Assembly: GCA_041662585.1 (NCBI GenBank)
Contig: JBAZSG010000001.1
Coordinates: 66,381 to 130,380 of the forward strand
Length of the DNA stretch: 64,000 nucleotides
Source: Patescibacteria group bacterium
GTDB taxonomy: Bacteria; Patescibacteriota; Patescibacteriia; UBA1558; GWA2-36-10
Reading direction: 5' to 3'
Below, piece by piece: positions 18,996 to 29,552 of this stretch. The position numbers and the translations under genes are program-made. The notes under the pieces were generated by a model. It saw only the letters and a program-made list of their open reading frames with translations, ran no database searches and had not been told where the DNA came from. Positions within the stretch are counted from its first letter, which is position 1, and each line of letters opens with the position of its first letter.

Positions 18996-20726
18996 CTATT
19001 CTCTTTTAATACGCAATACTTCTTCTATAGTGGTCATGCCCAAAAGGACTTTTTGCATACCATCTTCAAAAATTGTAATCATACCATGTTCTTTAGCTGC
19101 ATTTTCTATATCAACTGAAGAGGCGTTTCTAATAATACAATCTTGAACTTTTTTATCATTTTCCAATAACTCCAAAACAGCAATTCTTTTGCTGTAGCCA
19201 GATCCATTGCAACGAGAACAACCCTTGCCTTTATAAAAGGTAAGATCAGCGAAAGAATGTAATCTACTTTCTACCAATTTTAATTCTTTAAACCTCTCAA
19301 ACATATCTTCAAGGTTGAATTCATGGCTCAAACTACTTAATTGATCTTTGTTTAATTTAAAACTCTCAATACAATTTAAACAAATACGTCTTACTAATCT
19401 TTGAGCAATTACTAAATTGAGGGTAGAAGCTACCAAAAATGACTCTACTCCCATATCCAACAATCTGGGTGGTGCGCCCGAAGCATTGTTGGTATGTAGA
19501 GTTGATAAAACCAAATGACCTGTAAGTCCAGCCCTGACCGCAATTTGTGCTGTATCGTTGTCACGAATCTCTCCAATCATGATAATATCTGGATCCTGAC
19601 GAAGTAAGGCTCTAAGACCACCAGCAAAATCATAACCTGCTTTGTCATTTATTTGTGTTTGATTTACGCGATGCACTCCATACTCTATTGGATCCTCAAT
19701 AGTAGAGATATTGACTTCTTCAGTATTCAAAATATTTAAAACCGAATAAAGAGTGGTGGTTTTACCCGATCCAGTAGGTCCAACTACTAGTATCATGCCA
19801 AAAGGCTTTTTTATCTGTCTGAGCATTATTTCTTGATTGTGGTCAAGAAATCCCAAATCTTCTAAACTCAGGTTTTGAGCATCGTCAGTCATCAGACGCA
19901 TTACTATCTTTTCACCATAAAAAGCAGGTAAAACTGAAACTCGGACTGACTCTTCCTCGTCTTCTATTTTAAAAGAAAAACGTCCATCCTGAGGCACACG
20001 ATGTTCATCAATACGAAGATTAGACAAAATTTTTATACGAGCTATTAAAGCATCATGGATACTTGATGGTAATTCTACTACATCATGAAGATCACCATCT
20101 ACCCTAAATCTAATAACCACTGCATCTGGTAATGCCTCAATATGGATATCTGAAGCTTGCTCAAAAAGAGCTGATTCTAAAATAGCATCAATAATTTTGA
20201 TAATTGGAATTTCAACTTCAGTTGGCTTACCATCTACTTTTAAAATCTTGCTATCCAATATTTGATTGAGCTCTTCTTGAATATCTTTTTGATAAAGACG
20301 AGAAGCAAAAAGAAAATTTTTATAACTAGTCATAAAAATCTCAATCTTCTTTTTGCTAGCTTTTTTAACTAAAGCTACTTTTTCTTTACTATTAGGATTT
20401 ACAAAAGCTACCTTAAGTTTGCCTTTTTCCAAGGCAAAAGGAATTGCCTTGGCCTTACGAGATGTTTTTTCATCAATAATATTTAATACTGCGTGATCTA
20501 ATTTTCTCTTGCGTAAATTTATAAAAGGTACCTTTAAATAGTCACTAATCAATTCATGCAAATAATTAGGATTTAAAAATCCTCTCTCCGTAAGAACTTC
20601 TTCTATACCACGACGACGACGATGAGCGTTGTCTTCTGCTTCTTTCCAGTCATTTTCTTTAATGACTTTGGCGTCAAAAAGTATCTTTTTTAATGAATCT
20701 TGAGATATTGGTAAATGAGATGACAT
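18996..20726 (-). CDS. pilB: Type IV pilus assembly ATPase (GspE/PilB)
   Basis: ASDIHIE, PQDGR, GPTGSGKTTTLY, TIEDPIEY, LRQDPDIIMIGEIRD, STLHTN, zinc motif. Confidence 0.94.
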   Translation of the reverse strand: MSSHLPISQDSLKKILFDAKVIKENDWKEAEDNAHRRRRGIEEVLTERGFLNPNYLHELISDYLKVPFINLRKRKLDHAVLNIIDEKTSRKAKAIPFALEKGKLKVAFVNPNSKEKVALVKKASKKKIEIFMTSYKNFLFASRLYQKDIQEELNQILDSKILKVDGKPTEVEIPIIKIIDAILESALFEQASDIHIEALPDAVVIRFRVDGDLHDVVELPSSIHDALIARIKILSNLRIDEHRVPQDGRFSFKIEDEEESVRVSVLPAFYGEKIVMRLMTDDAQNLSLEDLGFLDHNQEIMLRQIKKPFGMILVVGPTGSGKTTTLYSVLNILNTEEVNISTIEDPIEYGVHRVNQTQINDKAGYDFAGGLRALLRQDPDIIMIGEIRDNDTAQIAVRAGLTGHLVLSTLHTNNASGAPPRLLDMGVESFLVASTLNLVIAQRLVRRICLNCIESFKLNKDQLSSLSHEFNLEDMFERFKELKLVESRLHSFADLTFYKGKGCSRCNGSGYSKRIAVLELLENDKKVQDCIIRNASSVDIENAAKEHGMITIFEDGMQKVLLGMTTIEEVLRIKRE

Positions 20727-20810
20727 ATTTAGATAAAATAATAACTTACTTACTTATTAATATGCTAAGTATAAACTAATTATAACAGAAATAGCCCATC
20801 TAGACAAAAT

Positions 20811-20840
20811 AAAAAGACACTTGATAATTCAAGTGTCTTT
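20811..20840 (-). terminator. Intrinsic terminator
   Basis: AAAGACACTTGA-taat-TCAAGTGTCTTT hairpin with A-tract. Confidence 0.7.
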
Positions 20841-20850
20841 AAAAATAAAT

Positions 20851-21456
20851 TTATCTCTTAATTACTCTTTTTTTAGTTGGCTTTTTCTTAATACTCTTCT
20901 TACTTGTCTTTTTTTTCTTATTTACTTTCTTTTTAACGCTTGCTTGTTTTTTGATTTTTTTCTTTATTCCAAAAGTATCTATAAGTGCATTTTCCAAACT
21001 AATAAAATCTTTGACTGCCATTTCTACTGAATGATTAAAACTATCTGAAGAAAAAACCGCTGTTTTTATATTGGCTATTTTTTTGTCTATTATCACTGGC
21101 AATTTATATAAAGAACCAAAAGCAGCTATAGAATCATTTTTGACTTTTAATACTTCCCTAGCCAATTTTTCACCTGGAATTTTGATAAGCTTGATTTGTT
21201 TCTGTTGAGCTTTGCTCAAAACTTTTTTTAGCTTCTCCATATCAAGATTTTGATCAGCTGGTAATAAAACCATATAATAATCCTTATCTGCTTTTACCAA
21301 AAGTGACTTAGCAATTTCTTCCATTTTCTTTTTCATGGTATTAGCTGCATCAATAGCAGTATAAATAGTCTTGTGTTCTAACAAGTCATGTTTTATACCG
21401 GCCTTCTCTAAATATTTAATAGTTTTAACTGGTAGCTTTCTTTTTTTGACTGACAT
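20851..21456 (-). CDS. YbaK/EbsC (aminoacyl-tRNA deacylase) family protein with Lys-rich tail
   Basis: HKTIYTAIDAA, IAKSLLVKAD, FGSLYKLPVIIDK. Confidence 0.8.
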   Translation of the reverse strand: MSVKKRKLPVKTIKYLEKAGIKHDLLEHKTIYTAIDAANTMKKKMEEIAKSLLVKADKDYYMVLLPADQNLDMEKLKKVLSKAQQKQIKLIKIPGEKLAREVLKVKNDSIAAFGSLYKLPVIIDKKIANIKTAVFSSDSFNHSVEMAVKDFISLENALIDTFGIKKKIKKQASVKKKVNKKKKTSKKSIKKKPTKKRVIKR

Positions 21457-21507
21457 ATATTTTTATTAAAATCAATATTTATATCCAAATTATAGCATTT
21501 TTAATAC

Positions 21508-21542
21508 AAAAATAAAAACACCTTGTTAGGTGTTTTTATTTT
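21508..21542. terminator. Intrinsic terminator after copA
   Basis: AAAATAAAAACACC-ttgtta-GGTGTTTTTATTTT. Confidence 0.75.
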
Positions 21543-21553
21543 ATACTGATTGG

Positions 21554-23716
21554 CTACAATTTAATACGCCTAATTCTAAGACTATTGGTTACAACTGAAA
21601 CACTAGAAAAGCTCATTGCAGCAGCTGCAATCATTGGATTTAAAAATCCAAAAGCCGCCAATGGTATAGCAATTACATTGTAAGCAAAGGCCCAAAATAA
21701 ATTTTGCTTAATAGTGGTAAATGTTTTTTTTGATAAAGCAATCGCTGAAATAACTTTGCGTGGATCGCTATTCATCAGCACTATATTACCACTTTCCATA
21801 GCAATATCAGTGCCCCCACCAATAGCAATACCCAAATCTGCCAATGTCAAAGCTGGAGCATCATTTATACCATCCCCTACAAAAGCCACTATCTTGCCTT
21901 TTTCTTTAAGTTTTCGGATATGCTCTACTTTTTGATCTGGCAACACCTCAGCTATTACTTTTTTTATACCCAATTCTCTAGCAATAGCCTGAGCTGTCAA
22001 TTTGTGATCACCAGTCAACATATATACTTCACTTATTTTTTGAAGTTGGGCTATAGCCTCTTTAGAGGAAGACCTGATAACATCGGCAACTGCTATGACA
22101 CCCATTACTTTTTTATCTTTTATAAAATAAATGGGCGTTTTGGCTTCACTAGCATATTTTTCAAAAGCAACTTTGTAATTTGCACTCTCTACTACTTGCA
22201 AATCTTTTAATAATTCCCTATTACCGAGATACATTTCTTGATTGTCAATCAAGCCTTTGATACCCTTGCCTTTTATCGCTTCTACTTTGGTGGCATTCTT
22301 TAATGCTAAATTATTATCTTTAGCATACTTTATAAAAGCATTGGCCAAAGAATGCTCGCTGCTAGCCTCCAAAGAGCAAGCCAGGATCATAAGCTGTTTA
22401 GATGATAATGTATCATCAAGAGTATTGATATCAGTTATAGCTGGCTTTCCTTCAGTCAAAGTGCCAGTTTTATCAAAAACCACTACATTTACTTTATGAG
22501 CTATTTCTAAACTTTGAGAATCCTTGATAAGAATACCATTGGCTGCTCCCTTACCAGATCCCACCATAATAGCTGTCGGCGTAGCAAGACCCAAGGCACA
22601 AGGACAGGCTATTACTATCACTGCTACTGCATTGATAAGACTGAGCTCAAAGCCAACTCCCAATAACCAATACCAAATCGCAAAAGTAATAATAGCTATA
22701 CCAATAGCTGCTGGCACAAAAATACTAGATACTTTATCAGCCAATTTTTGTATTGGAGCTTTTGATGCTTGAGCATCTTCTACCAGTTTGATTATCTGAG
22801 CCAAAACTGTGTCTTCTCCTATCTTATTAACTTTTACTTTTATGACACCTTGATTGTTGATAGTTGCTCCATAAACCAAGCTACCCTGTTTTTTGTCTAC
22901 TGGAATACTTTCACCAGTCAACATTGATTCATCAACAGAGGTCTCGCCTTCTACTATCTCACCATCTAAAGGAATTTTTTCACCCGGCTTGACCAATACT
23001 ATATCACCCAGCTTGATGTCTTTGATATCTTTTTTTTGTTCTTGATTGTCAATCAATATAGTAGCTTGTTTTACTCCCAAAGATAACAATTGTTTGATGG
23101 CTGTAGAAGCTCTGCCTTTACTTTTTTCTTCTAAATATTTACCCAGTAATATCAAAGTAATAATCACTGCCGCTGTTTCAAAATAAACATGAGTATCAAT
23201 GAACATTGCGTACAAACTATAAAAATAAGCTGCTAGTGTACCGATTGAAATCAGTGTATCCATATTTGATTTGAATTGCTTGAGTTGCAAAATCATACCC
23301 TTGTGAAACTGCCAACCAATCACAAAAACTACTATAAATGCCAAATCATGCATTATCCAGGTTTCCAAACTAACATCAAAAAAATTAATACCAAAGTTTG
23401 GTTTATAAAACATGGTCACAAGCAAAGGCAAAGTGAGGATAAGTGCCCAAACAAACTTACGATAAGATTTTTGAGTCAACTTCAAATCTGCTGTTTGATC
23501 GCTATCATCTATTACCTTATAATCACCTGCTTTGGAAATTACTGCTTCTATTTCACTTCTACTTATTTTTTGACTATCAAACTCTACTTTGGCTTGATTA
23601 TTGGCATAGTTTACACTAGCACTTTTTATACCTGGACTTTTTTTTATAGTCTTTTCAATATTTAAAGCACAAGAAGCGCAATGCATACCTGCTATTTTTA
23701 AATTTATATTTTCCAT
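21554..23716 (-). CDS. copA: Copper-translocating P1B-type ATPase
   Basis: [37 protein letters not shown]...MSFSSVSV. Confidence 0.93.
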   Translation of the reverse strand: MENINLKIAGMHCASCALNIEKTIKKSPGIKSASVNYANNQAKVEFDSQKISRSEIEAVISKAGDYKVIDDSDQTADLKLTQKSYRKFVWALILTLPLLVTMFYKPNFGINFFDVSLETWIMHDLAFIVVFVIGWQFHKGMILQLKQFKSNMDTLISIGTLAAYFYSLYAMFIDTHVYFETAAVIITLILLGKYLEEKSKGRASTAIKQLLSLGVKQATILIDNQEQKKDIKDIKLGDIVLVKPGEKIPLDGEIVEGETSVDESMLTGESIPVDKKQGSLVYGATINNQGVIKVKVNKIGEDTVLAQIIKLVEDAQASKAPIQKLADKVSSIFVPAAIGIAIITFAIWYWLLGVGFELSLINAVAVIVIACPCALGLATPTAIMVGSGKGAANGILIKDSQSLEIAHKVNVVVFDKTGTLTEGKPAITDINTLDDTLSSKQLMILACSLEASSEHSLANAFIKYAKDNNLALKNATKVEAIKGKGIKGLIDNQEMYLGNRELLKDLQVVESANYKVAFEKYASEAKTPIYFIKDKKVMGVIAVADVIRSSSKEAIAQLQKISEVYMLTGDHKLTAQAIARELGIKKVIAEVLPDQKVEHIRKLKEKGKIVAFVGDGINDAPALTLADLGIAIGGGTDIAMESGNIVLMNSDPRKVISAIALSKKTFTTIKQNLFWAFAYNVIAIPLAAFGFLNPMIAAAAMSFSSVSVVTNSLRIRRIKL

Positions 23717-23727
23717 ATATTTTTATA

Positions 23728-25062
23728 TTATTCTACAATAAATTTACCACGAACCATACCCATCCCACAAGAAAAATTAATAGTACCAGATTCTTGTGGA
23801 GTAAATTCTATTATATTTTCCCCACTATGAATATCTTCAGCAATACCCAAGTCTGGGACAATAATACTATTGGTACAACCAGATGCTTTGGTGCCATCAA
23901 TTATCCATTTAACAGGTACACTTTTTTTTAATTTAAAAGCACTAGGAGTATAGCCACTAGAATCAACAATCATTTTAATTTCTTGAGCGTTGGCAGAACC
24001 AACAATACTGCTTACTGCCTCTTGGCTAGACCAAAAATTTATATCAATACCTTGAATAGCTAATCCAGAAGACATAGTATAAAAAGCAAAAAATAATACT
24101 ACAAAGCCAATGGCTTTTTGTATTATCACTGTCTTCATATTTTTAAATTTAGTAGTAGCTACTCCCAATCCTAGTAACACTGGAGAAGTGCCTAGGGCAA
24201 AAAGAAATAAAGTAAGAGCTCCAGTCATAAAATCTCCAGAGGCCATAGCAAAAAGTTGCATGCTCTGAGTAAAGCCACAAGGTAAAAAGAAAGTAAAGGC
24301 TCCCAAAATAGTTGGTGCCATAGCATGTTCTGATTCTTGCAGTTTTTTCCAAGCACCCATACTACGCTTTGGCATTCGAATACCCAAAGTGGTAAGAGAT
24401 GGTACAAATCCCAAAATATTTAAAGCTAGCCACAATAAAACTAGGGCAATAAAAACCGTAAACCAACTCATAAATACATCTGAGATATTAAACCAAGAAC
24501 CTATCATCCCTAATATACCTCCTAGAATAAAAAAGGCTGCCAAACGTCCAAAGTGAAATAATAAGTGTGGCTTTAAATTGCGCTCATAAAAAGTACCTCG
24601 GGCTTGATATTTAGCAGCAAAAGACATAACCACTGCCCCCACTACTACTAAACAACTAGACAAAGAGGCTACAATACCAATAATAAAAGCTGCGCCATAA
24701 TTTATATCACTGATATCGGCTTGTATCCAGTCTAATAAACCTATCCATCTTAAATATCTATAAATAAGATACAACCCCAAAACCAATAACCCAGCATAAA
24801 ACCATTGCTCAGCTGATGCTTGTGGTTTTTTGTTTTTTATTGGTTCCAGAGAAGCTTGATAACCCAGCTCTTCTATTTTTCTAATTATTTCTTTGATGGG
24901 CAATTGTTCTCCATCATGGCCAAGCTCAGCTTTGCCATGCAAATGACTAATTTTTATATATTTAATACTCTCTATTTCTTCTAATGAGTCTTTGATTAAC
25001 ATCTCACAAGAAGTACAAGTCATGCCTGAAATATATATAGACTTACATTGTTTATTATTCAT
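23728..25062 (-). CDS. HMA + DsbD_2/TauE-like membrane + cupredoxin domain protein
   Basis: GMTCTSC; SSCLVVVG and FFLPCGF; C-terminal FSCGMGM. Confidence 0.85.
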   Translation of the reverse strand: MNNKQCKSIYISGMTCTSCEMLIKDSLEEIESIKYIKISHLHGKAELGHDGEQLPIKEIIRKIEELGYQASLEPIKNKKPQASAEQWFYAGLLVLGLYLIYRYLRWIGLLDWIQADISDINYGAAFIIGIVASLSSCLVVVGAVVMSFAAKYQARGTFYERNLKPHLLFHFGRLAAFFILGGILGMIGSWFNISDVFMSWFTVFIALVLLWLALNILGFVPSLTTLGIRMPKRSMGAWKKLQESEHAMAPTILGAFTFFLPCGFTQSMQLFAMASGDFMTGALTLFLFALGTSPVLLGLGVATTKFKNMKTVIIQKAIGFVVLFFAFYTMSSGLAIQGIDINFWSSQEAVSSIVGSANAQEIKMIVDSSGYTPSAFKLKKSVPVKWIIDGTKASGCTNSIIVPDLGIAEDIHSGENIIEFTPQESGTINFSCGMGMVRGKFIVE

Positions 25063-25071
25063 TTTTTTAAA

Positions 25072-25620
25072 TTAATGATCAATTTTGCACAATAACGGAT
25101 TTTGAATTTTTTTGGCTATTAAATAAGTAGAAAACAAAAGCATAAATACTCCCAATATACCAAATTCTAAACCTCCAAAAGGTAAGATGCCAATAAAAGA
25201 TGTCGTAGCGGCCAAACCAAATATAGAGGATAAAACTAGTGACCCACAAGAAGCACAACCGACACCAAGAAATCCCAATATCATACCCATCAGGCCTACT
25301 CCTGTATTTTTTTCCAAACTTATTCTTCTCTTAACATAGAAAATCATCATTACAATATTTATAGCCGACAAAAAAGATAATATAATAACCAAGATTAGTG
25401 AGCTACTAGTGAAAGTACTCTGGGGGTCCCTTAGTAAAAACCAAAACATCTTTATTTTTATCAAGCCAGAAAAAGCTGCTAGCAATTGGTATCTAGCTAT
25501 TAAAAAACTAGCCAAAAAAAATGCCAAAGCTATAATAAAAAATAAAATAACATAACTTGGTTTTTTGAAAACATCTTTAAAAGATTTATTTATTTCTATT
25601 ATATTTTTATTTTCCCCCAT
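25072..25620 (-). CDS. Membrane protein with CxxC motif
   Basis: 4 hydrophobic segments, GVGCASCGS. Confidence 0.7.
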   Translation of the reverse strand: MGENKNIIEINKSFKDVFKKPSYVILFFIIALAFFLASFLIARYQLLAAFSGLIKIKMFWFLLRDPQSTFTSSSLILVIILSFLSAINIVMMIFYVKRRISLEKNTGVGLMGMILGFLGVGCASCGSLVLSSIFGLAATTSFIGILPFGGLEFGILGVFMLLFSTYLIAKKIQNPLLCKIDH

Positions 25621-25810
25621 AAAAATTTATTAAATTATTTAGTGATATTATATTTTTTTAAATCATAACATCCTAAACAAATATTATCAATCAATCTCAA
25701 CAAATCCTTTTTTAATAGCCATTTTTAGTGCAAATATATTTTTATATATATCAAAAAAACCTTAATCAATTATATTTATAATAATATAAAACTAAGGCTT
25801 AGATTATAAG

Positions 25811-26188
25811 CTAATAAATCTTTGGATGAAGAATTCCGTTGCTAAATAAAAAAGTAAATTTATAAAACAATTTGAAACCACCGTATCTATCTCGAAGTAA
25901 AAAATAATTGCTAAGTATGTCAAATTTAATATACAAAAATATAATAACAGCCAGTATAAAATTTATTCCCCATAAATTTATACCCACCTCAGATAACATA
26001 TATTGTAAATCATACCCTACATGTTCTGAAAAACTATAAGCGCCCATATTGCAACATTCCATAGCTGGCATTGTATTGTCATGGGTATTATTAAAATCTG
26101 AACTAGTAAAAAAACATCCCAAAACAAATAAATTTGCCAAAGCTATAAATAAAGAGAAAATTATTATTTTATTTTTTACCAATTTCAT
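25811..26188 (-). CDS. Hypothetical membrane protein
   Basis: Two hydrophobic segments, MECCNM, C-terminal GILHPKIY. Confidence 0.6.
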   Translation of the reverse strand: MKLVKNKIIIFSLFIALANLFVLGCFFTSSDFNNTHDNTMPAMECCNMGAYSFSEHVGYDLQYMLSEVGINLWGINFILAVIIFLYIKFDILSNYFLLRDRYGGFKLFYKFTFLFSNGILHPKIY

Positions 26189-26282
26189 AAGTATCTATAT
26201 TATACCTTATATAATGCTTTTGTAAATAAAGCCAAAATATATGATATAATATAAGCAATAAAAAAATTAATCACAAAACAAA

Positions 26283-26771
26283 ATGAAAGATAAACTAAAA
26301 TATTCAAAAGGTCTGCTAAGAATAATATTGGGTTGGATATTTTTGTGGGCTTTTTGGGACAAGGTTTTTGGTCTAGGCTTTGCTACTGAAGCTGACAAAT
26401 CTTGGCTAAATGGTACCTCTCCTACTAGTGGGTTTTTAAAATTTTCTACTAGTGGTCCTTTTGCTGATATATTTCAGTCTATGGCTGGTAACCCACTAAT
26501 AGATTGGCTATTTATGTTGGGGTTATTGTTGTTGGGTTCGGCTTTGATACTTGGTATTGCCAGTAAGCTTACTACTATTGGTGGTTCTATTATGCTTGCT
26601 TTGATGTATTTGGCAGCTATACCACCAGAACATAACCCTTTGGTAGATGAACATATAATCTATATCTTGATCTTATTTGGTTTTTATATAGATGAGACTA
26701 ACCACAGTCTTGGTTTTGGTAAGAAATGGGAAAAATGTAAATTGGTCAAAAAATATCCTATTCTACAATAA
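26283..26771 (+). CDS. DoxX family membrane protein
   Basis: LRIILGWIFLWAFWDK, NPLVDEHIIY. Confidence 0.85.
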   Translation: MKDKLKYSKGLLRIILGWIFLWAFWDKVFGLGFATEADKSWLNGTSPTSGFLKFSTSGPFADIFQSMAGNPLIDWLFMLGLLLLGSALILGIASKLTTIGGSIMLALMYLAAIPPEHNPLVDEHIIYILILFGFYIDETNHSLGFGKKWEKCKLVKKYPILQ

Positions 26772-26776
26772 CTACC

Positions 26777-26805
26777 AAAAAACACCTCAGCTAGAGGTGT
26801 TTTTT
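26777..26805. terminator. Bidirectional terminator between convergent genes
   Basis: AAAAAACACCTC-agcta-GAGGTGTTTTTT. Confidence 0.75.
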
Positions 26806-26812
26806 GAAGGTT

Positions 26813-27256
26813 TTATTTTTCTAAATTGTTATTAGCAAACCCGTGTCTCATTCCAAAACCTTTGTGCATCCCCATGCCCATACCTAGTTCTGGTAGACCA
26901 AGCTCATCTTTTAATGTTTGAGCTGCCTCAAAATCACCTTCTTGCATATATTTATGCATTTGTACAAATTGGTCAAAATTATCTTGGTTGATAAAATCAG
27001 TAATTCTAGGAATACTATCAGTAGCTTCTTTCCAAGTATTATAGTCTCCGTTTTCTATAGCTGTTTGGATAGCATCATGATATTGTTCCATAGCTTGATG
27101 ATGTTCTTCCATGGTGGCTAGCCTTTCTGGATCTATATTTCTAGCTCCAGTGGATTGCCCATACAAACCATGAGCTGATGCGATGGAAGATACTACTAAA
27201 GTGGTAATAACCAAGCCCAAAAATCCACTCAGTAAATAAAACTTACTTTTCTTCAT
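26813..27256 (-). CDS. Secreted His/Met-rich protein
   Basis: Signal peptide (ASA-H), MEEHHQAM, GMGMGMHKGFGMRHG. Confidence 0.7.
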   Translation of the reverse strand: MKKSKFYLLSGFLGLVITTLVVSSIASAHGLYGQSTGARNIDPERLATMEEHHQAMEQYHDAIQTAIENGDYNTWKEATDSIPRITDFINQDNFDQFVQMHKYMQEGDFEAAQTLKDELGLPELGMGMGMHKGFGMRHGFANNNLEK

Positions 27257-27300
27257 AATTTATTGTTAGGTTTATTAGCTAAAAGCGATCGATCTGCTTT

Positions 27301-28071
27301 CTATCTATTAATACGAACCGGCAAAAAATTTCTTTCATCTATCATTCTATGAGGTGACTCATATCTTTCTTGTAGCCAATGCATACCACGCATTGGTAAA
27401 AGAATGTGCATTTCAAAATTTTGACTATCTAGCTTTTGACCAATAATGCGAATCGGCTGTCCAATCTTTAGATTTAAAAAATTGGGCGTAGTAGTATTAA
27501 AATGTTTGATCATCCAAATATTACCTTGCATATCTTCAATTTCTATATATTCATCTTCAATAGCCCTGACCACTCCCCCCAAAAGACCATCATCAACACG
27601 AGACCATATATGTTGTCTCCTATTGATCACTTCATTATAAAAAAATGCTCTCTGGGCTACTATATTATCTATTGCCTGAGCCATCCCAAAATTGTAAAAA
27701 AATGTGCCTAGCAATATATTGATACCCAAGCCAGCTAAAAATATTTTACTCAAAGAAAATCTATAACCATTTTTTGTATGTCTAAAATTATAATAAGTAA
27801 CTAAGATCAAAATCCCCAAAAACATCAACCAAAAATATGGTAAAGTCAAAAATATAAATTCTAATAAACTACCACTGATACGACTATATACATCCCAGTC
27901 ATTGTCTATCAACATATACAAAATAACTGAAAAAGCTAAACTACTAATAATCAATGAAATGCTAGCCAAACACCAAACTATATAGTTTTTAAGCAAAAAT
28001 TGCCAACGTGGTTTTGGTTTTGTATCTTTTATTTTATCCAATATTTCTTGGGTAATATTTGTTTCACTCAT
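27301..28071 (-). CDS. Membrane protein, candidate anti-sigma factor
   Basis: 3 TMs plus C-terminal beta-rich domain; directly downstream of ECF sigma. Confidence 0.6.
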   Translation of the reverse strand: MSETNITQEILDKIKDTKPKPRWQFLLKNYIVWCLASISLIISSLAFSVILYMLIDNDWDVYSRISGSLLEFIFLTLPYFWLMFLGILILVTYYNFRHTKNGYRFSLSKIFLAGLGINILLGTFFYNFGMAQAIDNIVAQRAFFYNEVINRRQHIWSRVDDGLLGGVVRAIEDEYIEIEDMQGNIWMIKHFNTTTPNFLNLKIGQPIRIIGQKLDSQNFEMHILLPMRGMHWLQERYESPHRMIDERNFLPVRINR

Positions 28072-28075
28072 ATAT

Positions 28076-28657
28076 CTATAATTTAATATCTTGCTCTTCT
28101 ATTTTTTGTAAAAATTGCTTCTTGGCTCGGCTAATCAAAGTAGCGATGGTACCCATTGGTTTTTTCAAAATATCCGAGATTTCTTTGTATTCTTTTTCTT
28201 CCAAAAATTTTAAAACCAATACTTCTCTATACTTTAAATCCAAACTATCTAATACTTTATTAATATTAACTCGTAAATATTTATTATCTAGTTCTTTGCT
28301 AATATCTGCTCTACTTATTATATTGTTTAATATTGACTCACTATCATAGCTGATTTCTTGAGGTCTGACTTGTTTTTTACGATAATTATCAATAACTTCG
28401 TTGTGAGCAATACGATAAATCCAAGAAGAAAATTTGAGATCTTTATCAAAGCTATTTATATTTTGATAAGTTTTTATAAAGACTTCTTGTAAAACATCCT
28501 CAATATCTTCTTTGGCAAGACCAGCAATACGCTTTATATACCGACTAAGTTTTGCTTCATATCTTCTAATCAAATACAAAAAATTGTCTTGTTTTTCCAA
28601 GGTAAGTTTGACCAATTCTGCGTCTGACAAATTATCCCAATTATTAATATCTGGCAT
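28076..28657 (-). CDS. ECF RNA polymerase sigma factor
   Basis: EDVLQEVFIK, FSSWIYRIAHN, YKEISDIL...GTIATLISRA. Confidence 0.92.
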   Translation of the reverse strand: MPDINNWDNLSDAELVKLTLEKQDNFLYLIRRYEAKLSRYIKRIAGLAKEDIEDVLQEVFIKTYQNINSFDKDLKFSSWIYRIAHNEVIDNYRKKQVRPQEISYDSESILNNIISRADISKELDNKYLRVNINKVLDSLDLKYREVLVLKFLEEKEYKEISDILKKPMGTIATLISRAKKQFLQKIEEQDIKL

Positions 28658-28770
28658 ATTAGCTATGTCTTAGGTATAATACGTATTAATAGCTCATTTA
28701 TTTCATTATAGCAAGTTTGATTTTTTACTCAAATAACATTAAAATTAGTACATTAAACTAAACAAAAACT

Positions 28771-29502
28771 ATGGCTTTAAAATTTAGAACACCTTTTATA
28801 AATATTGGTTTCAAAACCCCCACTATAGACGAACAAACTGCCTATGCTAAAACTAGGCAGGTTATTAATGGACCATATACTAGAATATATTTGATACGTC
28901 ATTGTCATCCAGATTATACTCTAAAAGAAACACTAGGAGATGAAAAAATGCCCTTGTCTGATATAGGTCTAAAACAAAGAAAAGTACTTTATAAAAAATT
29001 AAAACAAATAAACATAGAAAAAATATATATCTCCGAGTTTGTCAGAGCGAGAGAAACAGCTGAAGACTATGCCAAAAAACAAAACAAAAGAATATATGTT
29101 GATAAAAGACTAAATGAAATTGACTGGACAGAATGGTATAAAATAAAATATTTCCGTATGTCAGAAAAAACTCGTATAAAAAAAATAAAAGCCTACAAAC
29201 ATATGGATCTAGAAATGAATAAATTACAAGAAAAATCTAGACGTCTTCTAGCTGATATCTACAAAAAAAATAAAGGAAAAAGAGTAGGCCTGTTTTGTCA
29301 TGGAAATTTGATAAGATCCATAGTAACTAGCATTTTAAATACCGATGTCATTGGTTTTTTGTCTATGGAAATATATCAATCTTCTATTACAAAATTGGTA
29401 ATTGATCGCGATGGTTATATAAAAATAAATTATATCAATAATATCTGCCATCTACCTCACAAGCCCAATGAAGACTTATTTTTGGCCGCTCTCAATCAAT
29501 AA
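28771..29502 (+). CDS. Histidine phosphatase (phosphoglycerate mutase-like) family
   Basis: IYLIRHC, SEFVRARETA, LNEID, FCHGNLIR. Confidence 0.8.
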   Translation: MALKFRTPFINIGFKTPTIDEQTAYAKTRQVINGPYTRIYLIRHCHPDYTLKETLGDEKMPLSDIGLKQRKVLYKKLKQINIEKIYISEFVRARETAEDYAKKQNKRIYVDKRLNEIDWTEWYKIKYFRMSEKTRIKKIKAYKHMDLEMNKLQEKSRRLLADIYKKNKGKRVGLFCHGNLIRSIVTSILNTDVIGFLSMEIYQSSITKLVIDRDGYIKINYINNICHLPHKPNEDLFLAALNQ

Positions 29503-29552
29503 AAATAATAAAACTAAAAAACTCCCGTATCATATGCGAGAGTTTTTTAAAC

